From a bacterium (GTDB lineage Bacteria; Patescibacteriota; Patescibacteriia; Veblenbacterales; UBA10138), in contig JAGVEX010000015.1 in NCBI GenBank assembly GCA_020057885.1, forward strand, positions 130,168-194,167: 64,000 bases of DNA, in the 5' to 3' direction. Below are positions 56,041-64,000 of this stretch, piece after piece (position 1 is the first letter of the stretch; each line of letters begins with the position of its first letter). The notes under the pieces are model-generated. The model did no database searches. It was not told the DNA's origin and was given only the letters and a program-made list of their open reading frames with translations. The position numbers and the translations under genes are program-made.

Positions 56041-58107
56041 ATGTTATTACCAGCCTTAGCAAGCCTTTTGGTGCTCCTTACCGCCCTTAATTTATGGGGG
56101 TGGAAATTGGATATTTTAGGGCTGTTTGTGGGCTTGTTTTATTTAATATTAACAGGCTATTTATTGGGCGGCCGACTGGCACGCTTTAGCGAAAATGTAT
56201 GGGAAAGAATTATTTGGGGTGTGGCTACTATTTTATTAATAATAGCAACTTTGGGCAGTTTAATTTTTTACATACATTCATTTACCACTGCCATAACTAT
56301 TGTTATTTTTGCAATTCTCCCCTGGCTCGGAAGATCTAGCCCTATACCAACTGAAAAAATAAATAAAACCCAACCCAAAAGAACTTGGTTAATACCAAGT
56401 TTGTTAACTATGTACTTTGGTTTAATTGCCCTCACTATTACATTTTTAGCACAAAATCAAACTAGTGAAGCTATCCGCACACCCTGGCAAACAATACCAC
56501 CAATAATTTTTATATTGTATGGTTTGTGCGCTGTACTCTGCCTCGCTTTATCATATTATCTTAATAACCCAACTTGGTTGATACCGTTTTATTTTTTAAG
56601 TCTGGGCTTACTTCCTTTGATATATGTTTTGGGTTTTGGCTTTGACCCTTTTATTCACCAAGCCTCTGAAAAATTGCTAGCTCTAAACGGAACCATAACC
56701 CCTAAACCTTTTTATTATCTTGGTCAATATACCTTGGTAGTGGCGCTGTCTAATATTTTACGACTTTCTATTAACACCATAGATGTTTGGCTCTTGCCAA
56801 TATTAGCTAGCCTGTTTACACCACTAGCCGCAGCAACTGCTTTACGGTCATTAAAATTAGAACGGCCGTGGTTAATATTGTTACCACTTATACCGCTTGC
56901 ATTTACATTATCCAGTTTTACTTACACCACACCACAAGGCTTGGCTAATTTATGGGCTTTAATAACAATATTGTTACTAGCGGCAAAAATTGCTGGACAA
57001 AAAATATCTTCTTATTTTTTAATGTTGTTAGTTTTTACTGCTTTGGTTACTCACCCATTAACTGGTTTGCCACTTTTGGGGATAACAACTCTTTATTGGT
57101 TTATATTTGAACAGCGCCCTGAAGTTAGTTGGCGTAAAAAAGCAATTTGGTTAACAGCGGTTGGAACCGCCTTGGTGGTACCACTAGCATTTGCGGGGCT
57201 TTCGTTAATCAAGTTATCTCCCACTAGTATTAAATTAAATTCAAATTTTATGGGAAGCTTGGCTGATTTGGGCCAAACCATAATGTCTCATTTGCCATTT
57301 TGGCCGGCATACTTATCACCTATTGACACTTTATATTTATGGGGAAGACCGCTTACATTAATTTTTATAATTTTAGCGGGCTTGGGATTTTGGTACGCTA
57401 AAAAAATGGCGCCTCTTTGGCAATTTTTTGCTTTGGCTGCTTCTTTGGTTGCAACCGGATTTATTGTTTTAAAATTATGCTTTACTTTTGCTAGTCTGCC
57501 ATTAAATGAACAAGATTTTTACAGTATCAGATTATGGGATTTAGCTCTCTTGTGTTTAACTCCGCTGGTATTACTAGGTGGATTAAAAATAGGCCTGTGG
57601 CTCAAGCTAAAATTTTCATCAGCGTTGCCTTGGCTATTGGCGGGAAGTTTAATTTTAACTGCAAGTTTTTACTTAACTTATCCCCGCATGGATACTTGGC
57701 AAAAAGACACGGCCTACAATACCACACCAGCAGATGTTGAAGCGGTAAAATTAATCGCTGAAACAGCCGGTGATTTGCCTTATATTGTACTCGCCAACCA
57801 AGCTGTCTCAGCCGCCGCTGTGCGTGAATTTGGCTTTACTAATTATTTTGCTGGCAACTTTTATTACCCAATTCCTACAGGCACTAATCCTCTATACCAA
57901 ATATACCTGGACGCTACCGAAGGTGGTATGCCCAAAAGGGATATAATTGCCCAAGCAGCACAAATAGCAAACGTGCCGCAGGTTTATTTGGTACTAAATC
58001 GCTACTGGGCTGATTTTTTGAAACTTGCACCTATAGCTTCCCAAGAAGCTGATCAAAAATGGATAATAAGTAATGATAAAATTCAAGTATTCCGATATGA
58101 TTTTTAA
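56041..58107 (+). CDS. Large polytopic membrane protein (about 16 TM) with a C-terminal soluble domain; possibly a second GT-C-type glycosyltransferase
   Basis: 688-aa ORF, hydrophobic throughout. Divergent from the GT-C gene with only about 41 nt between start codons. Confidence 0.45.
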   Translation: MLLPALASLLVLLTALNLWGWKLDILGLFVGLFYLILTGYLLGGRLARFSENVWERIIWGVATILLIIATLGSLIFYIHSFTTAITIVIFAILPWLGRSSPIPTEKINKTQPKRTWLIPSLLTMYFGLIALTITFLAQNQTSEAIRTPWQTIPPIIFILYGLCAVLCLALSYYLNNPTWLIPFYFLSLGLLPLIYVLGFGFDPFIHQASEKLLALNGTITPKPFYYLGQYTLVVALSNILRLSINTIDVWLLPILASLFTPLAAATALRSLKLERPWLILLPLIPLAFTLSSFTYTTPQGLANLWALITILLLAAKIAGQKISSYFLMLLVFTALVTHPLTGLPLLGITTLYWFIFEQRPEVSWRKKAIWLTAVGTALVVPLAFAGLSLIKLSPTSIKLNSNFMGSLADLGQTIMSHLPFWPAYLSPIDTLYLWGRPLTLIFIILAGLGFWYAKKMAPLWQFFALAASLVATGFIVLKLCFTFASLPLNEQDFYSIRLWDLALLCLTPLVLLGGLKIGLWLKLKFSSALPWLLAGSLILTASFYLTYPRMDTWQKDTAYNTTPADVEAVKLIAETAGDLPYIVLANQAVSAAAVREFGFTNYFAGNFYYPIPTGTNPLYQIYLDATEGGMPKRDIIAQAAQIANVPQVYLVLNRYWADFLKLAPIASQEADQKWIISNDKIQVFRYDF

Positions 58108-59306
58108 TTATCTATTACTTCACTTACCTCTATTATTTTTTTAGTATAATTGACAAGTGTACGACTGGTAAATTCTTTGCTAGCTTGCAAACCAGTTTCT
58201 AAAAGCTTATTTGGGTTATCTAGACACCAATTAAGTTTTTTTATGAAATCATCTTTATCGCCCGGTTTAAACAACCAACCTGTCTCGCCTACTTTAATAA
58301 GCTCAGGAATTCCTCCAATATCAGAAGCTAACACCGAGGTGCCTACCATAAGCGACTTAGAAATAGACACTGGGGAATTTTCATAACAAAGCGAAGGTAC
58401 AATTACCAAATGACTTTGATCATAATACTCATCAATTTCCCTTTGCGTGCATGACCAATGAATTGCAAACCTTTTGTCTCCCTCTATAAATTCTTGTATT
58501 TTAGTAAAATTTAATTTATCACCACGTACCACTAAATGAAGAACGAAATCACTTCTCTGATATTCCTTTAGTGCTTCTATCAACCACCGCGCTCCTTTAT
58601 GTTCCGCCAGCTGACCATCATATAAAAGTTCAAAGGGCGGTTCGGCATTTTTAATACGAGATTTATTTAAAGCTTGTGGTATTGGATTTGGCAAAACATA
58701 TTTTTGGCATTTTTTAAAAAATCCTCTTGTTATATGTTCATTCAAAAGCCACTCTGAGGGCGATACTACTACGCTAACTTTCTTAAACAACCAACGAGTG
58801 CATAGTTGATAACAACGCATGGCTAAAGATAGTTTTTTCTTCCCCCAAATAAACAAACCAGAAGGGTGTAATAGCTGTACGTCATGTAAAATATGAAGAT
58901 GCTTAATGTTTAAATGGGCAATTACACGTGGAGGTAAAAACGAAATTCCCATTAAATTTGAACTAATTACCAAATCTGGTTTAACTTTTTTTAAAATACT
59001 TTTTACTCTACGAGCGTCAGAACAATTAAATAAATTTATAATATGCCACAACCAACGCACGGGGTAAATTACACGCGAAGCGTTTAAATAGTAATATAAA
59101 TTTAATGGATAAAAACGATACACGCGTACGCCTAATTCCTCTTGCAGTTGCGGTTTAAAACTTTTTAAACTCTGCCAAGGTGCCGAAGTTATTACACTAA
59201 CTCGGTGACCTTGTTTAAACAATTCTAAAACAAGTTGATGCACTAAATATTCAGCTCCCCCGCGTACAAATGGCGGATATAAATTTGTAATAACGCAGAT
59301 TTTCAT
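58104..59306 (-). CDS. Glycosyltransferase family 4 (GT-B, retaining)
   Basis: 400 aa. C-terminal motif ENSPVSISKSLMVGTSVLASDIGGIPELI (E-x7-E-like). Confidence 0.8.
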   Translation of the reverse strand: MKICVITNLYPPFVRGGAEYLVHQLVLELFKQGHRVSVITSAPWQSLKSFKPQLQEELGVRVYRFYPLNLYYYLNASRVIYPVRWLWHIINLFNCSDARRVKSILKKVKPDLVISSNLMGISFLPPRVIAHLNIKHLHILHDVQLLHPSGLFIWGKKKLSLAMRCYQLCTRWLFKKVSVVVSPSEWLLNEHITRGFFKKCQKYVLPNPIPQALNKSRIKNAEPPFELLYDGQLAEHKGARWLIEALKEYQRSDFVLHLVVRGDKLNFTKIQEFIEGDKRFAIHWSCTQREIDEYYDQSHLVIVPSLCYENSPVSISKSLMVGTSVLASDIGGIPELIKVGETGWLFKPGDKDDFIKKLNWCLDNPNKLLETGLQASKEFTSRTLVNYTKKIIEVSEVIDN

Positions 59307-60427
59307 GGTAATTGTTTATAAAGTTCACGCAAACTTTCGCCTATTCTATCCCAACGATATTTTTGCTCTACAATTTCTCTACCCCGCTCACCCATTTCTT
59401 GGGCCTCTAATTTGGAATCCAAAATATGATCAATGCTAACAGATAAGGCTAGAGCATCGCCTGGCGTAACCAAAAGGCCGGCTTTAGGTACACCAACTAA
59501 TTCACGCACCCCTGGCAAACCGGAGGCCACCACTGGCACTCCACAGGCCATAGCTTGCAGTAATACCAAACCAAAAGCCTCAGCCTCGTTAATGGAAGGC
59601 AACACAAAAACAGAAGCTAACCTAAAATAATTTGGCAGTTCTGCATCTGGCACATAACCGCAAAATTCTACTTGCCGTTGAATTCCTAAATCTCGGGCAA
59701 ATTTTTCATAACGAGAACGTAAATTACCCTTACCCACAATTAATAAACGCCAGGTACGATGTTTAAGCTGTTCCATAGCACGCAATAATACATCTACACC
59801 TTTAAATTCATGCGCCGAATCCAGCGAACCAACAAACAACACCACTGGCATATGTTCTTTTATGCCCAATTGATGTTTTAAGCGGGCTGAAACCTCGCCT
59901 GGCAAATAATTATTATCCACCCCCGCTGGTAAAACCTGCCACTTTTCAGAATGACCCAAACGAGGTAAAGCAATGGTGGTAATATAATCTTGGGTTAAGG
60001 CTAAAAGAGAATCGGCTCGTTTAGCCAAGCGCTGTTCCATTAGCCGACCTTCAAGTCTAAAAATAAATCCCCGCAAACCGCCAGCGCGCGGTACCATATG
60101 ATAAGTAACAATTAATTTTTGATTTTTATTTAATTGCGGTAAAAATTCATGTGCGCCAAAAAACGGATAATGCAAATGCACTACGTCAAACTTTTTTAAG
60201 CGCCACCAAAGTTGAGGCAAAAAAGCAGCATTGCCGTAAGCCAATAATGGTTTTAAGGCTTCAACCTTAACACCTGCTGTATTTTTAAAATTTCGTCGCC
60301 CCCCATAGCGAGGCGTAAAAACGGTTACTTGATGCTCCAAAGCAAGCGCCGTAGCGTAGCGATAAGCTACTTCACCAATACCACCGCCATAAGGCGGATA
60401 AACACAAGTTAATTGAGCCACACGCAT
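59303..60427 (-). CDS. Glycosyltransferase family 4
   Basis: EAFGLVLLQAMACGVPVVASGLPGVRELV motif. 374 aa. Confidence 0.85.
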   Translation of the reverse strand: MRVAQLTCVYPPYGGGIGEVAYRYATALALEHQVTVFTPRYGGRRNFKNTAGVKVEALKPLLAYGNAAFLPQLWWRLKKFDVVHLHYPFFGAHEFLPQLNKNQKLIVTYHMVPRAGGLRGFIFRLEGRLMEQRLAKRADSLLALTQDYITTIALPRLGHSEKWQVLPAGVDNNYLPGEVSARLKHQLGIKEHMPVVLFVGSLDSAHEFKGVDVLLRAMEQLKHRTWRLLIVGKGNLRSRYEKFARDLGIQRQVEFCGYVPDAELPNYFRLASVFVLPSINEAEAFGLVLLQAMACGVPVVASGLPGVRELVGVPKAGLLVTPGDALALSVSIDHILDSKLEAQEMGERGREIVEQKYRWDRIGESLRELYKQLP

Positions 60428-60428
60428 A

Positions 60429-61475
60429 TTACCAGCGAATTAAAGGATAAATTATTCTCCAAACTAAAGTGCTTAGAGGATTAAATATATATTTAGTTAC
60501 ACTACCACCCTCGCTGTGAAACTCAATTTTACTGCCAGCAAAAGAAAGAAGTTCGCGATCCGTTAACTGACGAACTATTTGCAACTCACGGCGGCGTTTA
60601 AATAAATAATGCCAAGTATTAAAATGCAAAAAATAAACATAAGACTTAAACTTAACACCAAACCATCCTCCTACCATAGATGTTAATAAAAGCATTAATT
60701 CACTCGCTAACCATGGCACAAAAAGTAAGGCCAGTGTTGGCCACTTGAAATATAGTAACCAGACTATAAAACGATTACGCTCCATATAATAAAACTGCTT
60801 TAAGCTGCGTGATGGCTCGTAATAATGAGTGACATAGCCAGCTGGCTCCACTGCCAAACGCCAGCCGTAAAACCTCATCCTAAAAGAAAGCTCCAAATCC
60901 TCGTGATACATAAATAGTTCATCATTAAAAAGACCTACTTGATTTAAAGTACTGCTTCGCAATAACACAGCCGCCCCAGAAATATAAGGCGGTTCGCTTT
61001 CTTTAAGCCAAGGTAAACGCGCTATGGCTTCGGGTAAAGCCAAACCAAGCCCCCAAGCTTCAGCTAAACCTAAATAATGAAATGAGTTTCCCAAAGAATT
61101 AACTTTGCCATCGGGCAAAATTATAGCTGGTTGCACAGCTCCTACTTTAGGATACAAATTTAAATAACGGGCTAATTCATCCAAAGTACCAAGGTGTAAT
61201 TCAGCGTCTTGATTTAATAAAAATACAGCCTCAGCGCCACTAGCCAAAGCAGCCTTAAGGCCAACATTATTTCCGCCAGCAAATCCTAAATTTTTAACTT
61301 GTTTAAAAAGCTTAATTGACGGATATTTTTGAGTAATAAAATCAACTGAACCGTCGGTGGAATTATTATCCACCACATAAACTGGTACACCAACAGCGCA
61401 CTTAAAACAAGAATCAAGTGTACGCTCAATCCATTTCATCCCATTATAAGTAACTATAACAATGGCCAGGCGCAT
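60429..61475 (-). CDS. Glycosyltransferase family 2 (GT-A)
   Basis: IVIVTYNGMKWIERTLDS...VVDNNSTDGS and a DxD-like region QDAE. Confidence 0.8.
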   Translation of the reverse strand: MRLAIVIVTYNGMKWIERTLDSCFKCAVGVPVYVVDNNSTDGSVDFITQKYPSIKLFKQVKNLGFAGGNNVGLKAALASGAEAVFLLNQDAELHLGTLDELARYLNLYPKVGAVQPAIILPDGKVNSLGNSFHYLGLAEAWGLGLALPEAIARLPWLKESEPPYISGAAVLLRSSTLNQVGLFNDELFMYHEDLELSFRMRFYGWRLAVEPAGYVTHYYEPSRSLKQFYYMERNRFIVWLLYFKWPTLALLFVPWLASELMLLLTSMVGGWFGVKFKSYVYFLHFNTWHYLFKRRRELQIVRQLTDRELLSFAGSKIEFHSEGGSVTKYIFNPLSTLVWRIIYPLIRW

Positions 61476-61477
61476 GT

Positions 61478-61942
61478 CTAAAGTTTACTATTTAATTCTT
61501 GTGTTTGCTTAAATTTACGGTTTTTAAACCAATAAGCCACAGACCAACGGCCTGCGCCTTCGCCCCAAACAGCCAAAGCCAACACTAACAAACCGACATT
61601 TTTCCAGATTAAAGAAAAGTCAAATATAAAGAAAAATATCAAAAACAATAAAACCGATAAAGCGGCTGCTATTTCCACCCCTAAACCAACTAACAAAATG
61701 GTTCCCAAAGCCAACTCGGCTATTGATTGCCAAAAAACAAATATTGCTGGATCAAACGGCAACCAAATAAGGCTACTCAAAAAATCAATTGCCTCGACGC
61801 TATTGGTACAAATTCCAAATGGATTACTACTCAAGCCTAATTTGCTTAAGCCAGACCATAAAAAAATAAAACCCAAGCCTAGCCTAAGTAATAATGATAC
61901 ATAAGGCTTAATAAATAAAGAAAATCTAGAAAAAAAACTCAT
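61478..61942 (-). CDS. DoxX-family small membrane protein
   Basis: 154 aa, 4 TM. LRLGLGFIFLWSGLSKL is a typical DoxX start. Confidence 0.5.
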   Translation of the reverse strand: MSFFSRFSLFIKPYVSLLLRLGLGFIFLWSGLSKLGLSSNPFGICTNSVEAIDFLSSLIWLPFDPAIFVFWQSIAELALGTILLVGLGVEIAAALSVLLFLIFFFIFDFSLIWKNVGLLVLALAVWGEGAGRWSVAYWFKNRKFKQTQELNSKL

Positions 61943-61943
61943 A

Positions 61944-62309
61944 CTAATTCACTGACTGATTAGGCTCGTTTTCTTTTTTATTTTTATCAACTTGTTTAAT
62001 GGCCAAATGACGTACTACGGCAGTAATTTCATGATCAATTTTTTCAAAACGCAAAAATAAACGAAAGATAAGATAAAAAATCAAAAGCAAAGCTAAATAA
62101 ACAATCAAATCACTGCCGCGCCCTACTCCAACTAAAATGGCTAAATAAGAAGCTACGTCCGGCACCATTACAACCACTGCTACTACTAACCACAAAGCAA
62201 ACCATTCAATAAATTCTACCGGCGTAATTTCACCAGCGCGCCAACGTGCATAAATTCTCCACCATACCACCAGCACAACTACTAAGATAATAATTTGAAT
62301 AATAGACAT
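61944..62309 (-). CDS. DUF2304-family membrane protein, the usual partner of a DPM1-like GT2
   Basis: 121 aa. The VGVGRGSDLIVYLALLLIFYLIFRLFLRFEKIDHEITAVVRHLA pattern is typical of DUF2304. Confidence 0.55.
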   Translation of the reverse strand: MSIIQIIILVVVLVVWWRIYARWRAGEITPVEFIEWFALWLVVAVVVMVPDVASYLAILVGVGRGSDLIVYLALLLIFYLIFRLFLRFEKIDHEITAVVRHLAIKQVDKNKKENEPNQSVN

Positions 62310-62313
62310 AAAA

Positions 62314-62985
62314 TTAACGCGTTAATTTGCTCCAAAAAATATCACGTACAATTTTTAATACTGGCCAACTGCCTTGTTGAGAAGATTTGCGACTATAAGC
62401 GGTGTAGTGCACGGTTACCGGCACTTCCACATATGGAATCTTCAATCGAGCTATTTCGTCTATCACCTCTGAACTAAAAGCCATTCGATCCTGCTTAAGA
62501 TTCATTTGCTGTAAAGCGGCAGCAGTAAAAGCGCGAAAACCATTGTGTGTATCGCTTAATTTTATTCCCGAAATAAACCAGGTAAAAATTATAGCAAGTT
62601 TTAGTGTTAAACGGCGCAAAGTCGGCATACCCAATGTCTTTCCCAAAAAACGCGAGCCCAAGGCTACACTAGCTCGCCCTGGTTTAAGCACAGTTAAAAG
62701 CTTCGGAATTTCATTTGATTCAAATTGAGCATCGGAATCAAAATTTACGACTGCCTCTGCGCCGTTTTGCAAAGCATAATTCATTCCCGTGATAAGCGCT
62801 GCGCCATAACCACGATTGACAAAGTGTCTAAGCACAATGGCACCAGCCTGCTTTGCAACCTCAGCTGTATTATCAGTCGAGCCATCATCCACTACTACCG
62901 CCTGGCCATAGGAAGATGTTTTTTTAACTATCTCCCCAACCGTACTAGCTGTTTCGTAAGCTGGAATAATAATAAAAACTTTCAT
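62314..62985 (-). CDS. Polyprenol-phosphate glycosyltransferase (GT2, DPM1/GtrB-like)
   Basis: 223 aa. MKVFIIIPAYETASTVGEIV, DDGSTDNT, DSDAQFE (DxD). Confidence 0.85.
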   Translation of the reverse strand: MKVFIIIPAYETASTVGEIVKKTSSYGQAVVVDDGSTDNTAEVAKQAGAIVLRHFVNRGYGAALITGMNYALQNGAEAVVNFDSDAQFESNEIPKLLTVLKPGRASVALGSRFLGKTLGMPTLRRLTLKLAIIFTWFISGIKLSDTHNGFRAFTAAALQQMNLKQDRMAFSSEVIDEIARLKIPYVEVPVTVHYTAYSRKSSQQGSWPVLKIVRDIFWSKLTR

Positions 62986-63902
62986 ACTTTAAGATTATCC
63001 TTAAACCAGCGTATGGTAAGACCTAAACCATCCACCAGCGGCACTTGCGGTTTCCAATCCAATTCGCGCTCAGCGCGACGTGGTGACAAGGCACTACGTT
63101 TAATATCAGCTGGTCGGGGCGGGGCATAATTGACTTGGGGAATAATATTTGCCACCTTACCCATTTCTACTAACAATTCACGTATGGAAACGTCTCGGGC
63201 AGTGCTTAAATTATAAACACCACTACCTTTTACCATAGCGGCAATTATACCTGCCGCTACATCTCCTACATAAATAAAATCTCTGGTTTGATCGCCTTTA
63301 CCCTCAATGGTGACGGTGCCGCTGGTTAAAAGATTACGTGAAAATTGCGCTACCACCCCACCCTCGGCATCATGTACCTGACGTGGCCCATAAACATTAG
63401 CTGGACGCACCACTACGTTAGCTACGCCATATTCACGAGAAAAATAGTTCAAATAATTCTCTAGGGTGTGTTTAGATAAAGCGTAAGGTGAAGTTAATTG
63501 AAATTCAGAAGTTTCGGGTGTTGGTATTTCTCTGGGATCGCCGTAAACTGCGCCAGTAGAAACAAATAAAAACTTTTTTAATTCTAAATTTTTTATAGCT
63601 TCTAAAATATTAATACTGCCGACAATATTAACACTGGCGTCAAAAGCAACATCTTGGTGCGAACGAGCCACGCTTTTTTGAGCTGCCAAATGACAAATAT
63701 AATCAGGTTTTAATCTAACTAATAATTGTTGTAATTTAGGCGACCTAATGTCAAGTTTATAAAAAAGCGCTGGTGCGGGCACCTGCGAACGCTTACCCGA
63801 AGACAAATCGTCAATTACAAAAACTTGATAGTGTGCTCTTAATAAAGCTTCTACCAAGTGTGAACCTATAAAACCTGCTCCGCCAGTGACAAGAACTTTC
63901 AT
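62982..63902 (-). CDS. NAD-dependent sugar epimerase/dehydratase (GalE-like extended SDR)
   Basis: MKVLVTGGAGFIGSHLVEAL and the YALSKHTLENY catalytic YxxxK. Confidence 0.85.
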   Translation of the reverse strand: MKVLVTGGAGFIGSHLVEALLRAHYQVFVIDDLSSGKRSQVPAPALFYKLDIRSPKLQQLLVRLKPDYICHLAAQKSVARSHQDVAFDASVNIVGSINILEAIKNLELKKFLFVSTGAVYGDPREIPTPETSEFQLTSPYALSKHTLENYLNYFSREYGVANVVVRPANVYGPRQVHDAEGGVVAQFSRNLLTSGTVTIEGKGDQTRDFIYVGDVAAGIIAAMVKGSGVYNLSTARDVSIRELLVEMGKVANIIPQVNYAPPRPADIKRSALSPRRAERELDWKPQVPLVDGLGLTIRWFKDNLKV

Positions 63903-63908
63903 AAAATT

Positions 63909-64000
63909 TTACTTTAAGTATTTTTTCAACTCTTTTACCTTATCTAATTTTTCCCAAGTAAACTCCGGCTCCTTGCGGCCAAAGTGACCATAAGCGGCCG
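63909..64000 (-). CDS. metK: S-adenosylmethionine synthetase, C-terminal fragment; the gene continues beyond the window
   Basis: Own translation ...[29 protein letters not shown]. Matches the conserved MetK C-terminus (E. coli ...[22 protein letters not shown]...). Confidence 0.6.
   Translation of the reverse strand, partial: [29 protein letters not shown]

Noticed and set aside
1-64000. CRISPR arrays, rRNA genes, IS elements or integrases, prophage genes
   Set aside because: No regularly spaced direct repeats and no transposase or integrase-like ORFs. No long non-coding stretch compatible with rRNA.

Overview
The window is low-GC (about 38%), gene-dense chromosomal DNA with the character of a small-genome, monoderm Patescibacteria/CPR-like bacterium. 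This assignment is inferred from gene content and style only. Most genes are housekeeping and lie on the minus strand. They include a partial TerC and a P-type cation ATPase. There is a MacAB-like tripartite ABC efflux module (HlyD adaptor, ABC ATPase, FtsX-type permease) flanked by two paralogous small membrane-anchored proteins, next to an ECF sigma factor and a putative anti-sigma factor. secA, a speA–speB putrescine pathway, hpf, prs and murB follow. A dcw block (murC-murG-ftsW-murD-mraY) is present. The main plus-strand unit is a type IV pilus operon: pilB, pilC, four prepilin-type genes, pilM/N/O-like genes, and no secretin in the window. Next come nifU-like, rpmA, pyrG, rplI, ctpA and murA. 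A long cell-surface glycan operon is present: rmlA/D/B, an FdtA-like ketoisomerase, ahcY, a HIT protein, a WbuC-like cupin, GT-C, GT4 and GT2 glycosyltransferases, DPM1-like plus DUF2304, and an epimerase. It ends with the C-terminus of metK. No rRNA, tRNA or CRISPR was found. Non-coding content of note: several families of perfect palindromic hairpins of 30–40 nt that look like bidirectional terminators, including one 38-nt element present in two identical copies about 18 kb apart. The murB–murC gap holds a promoter, a roughly 150-nt leader closed by a long-range helix, two mini-ORFs (a 79-aa 2-TM protein and a 33-aa hydrophobic peptide resembling a type I toxin) and two of the palindromes. 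A dyad operator sits just after the pilB promoter. All calls come from reading motifs in the translated ORFs and the DNA by eye. No database search was run.
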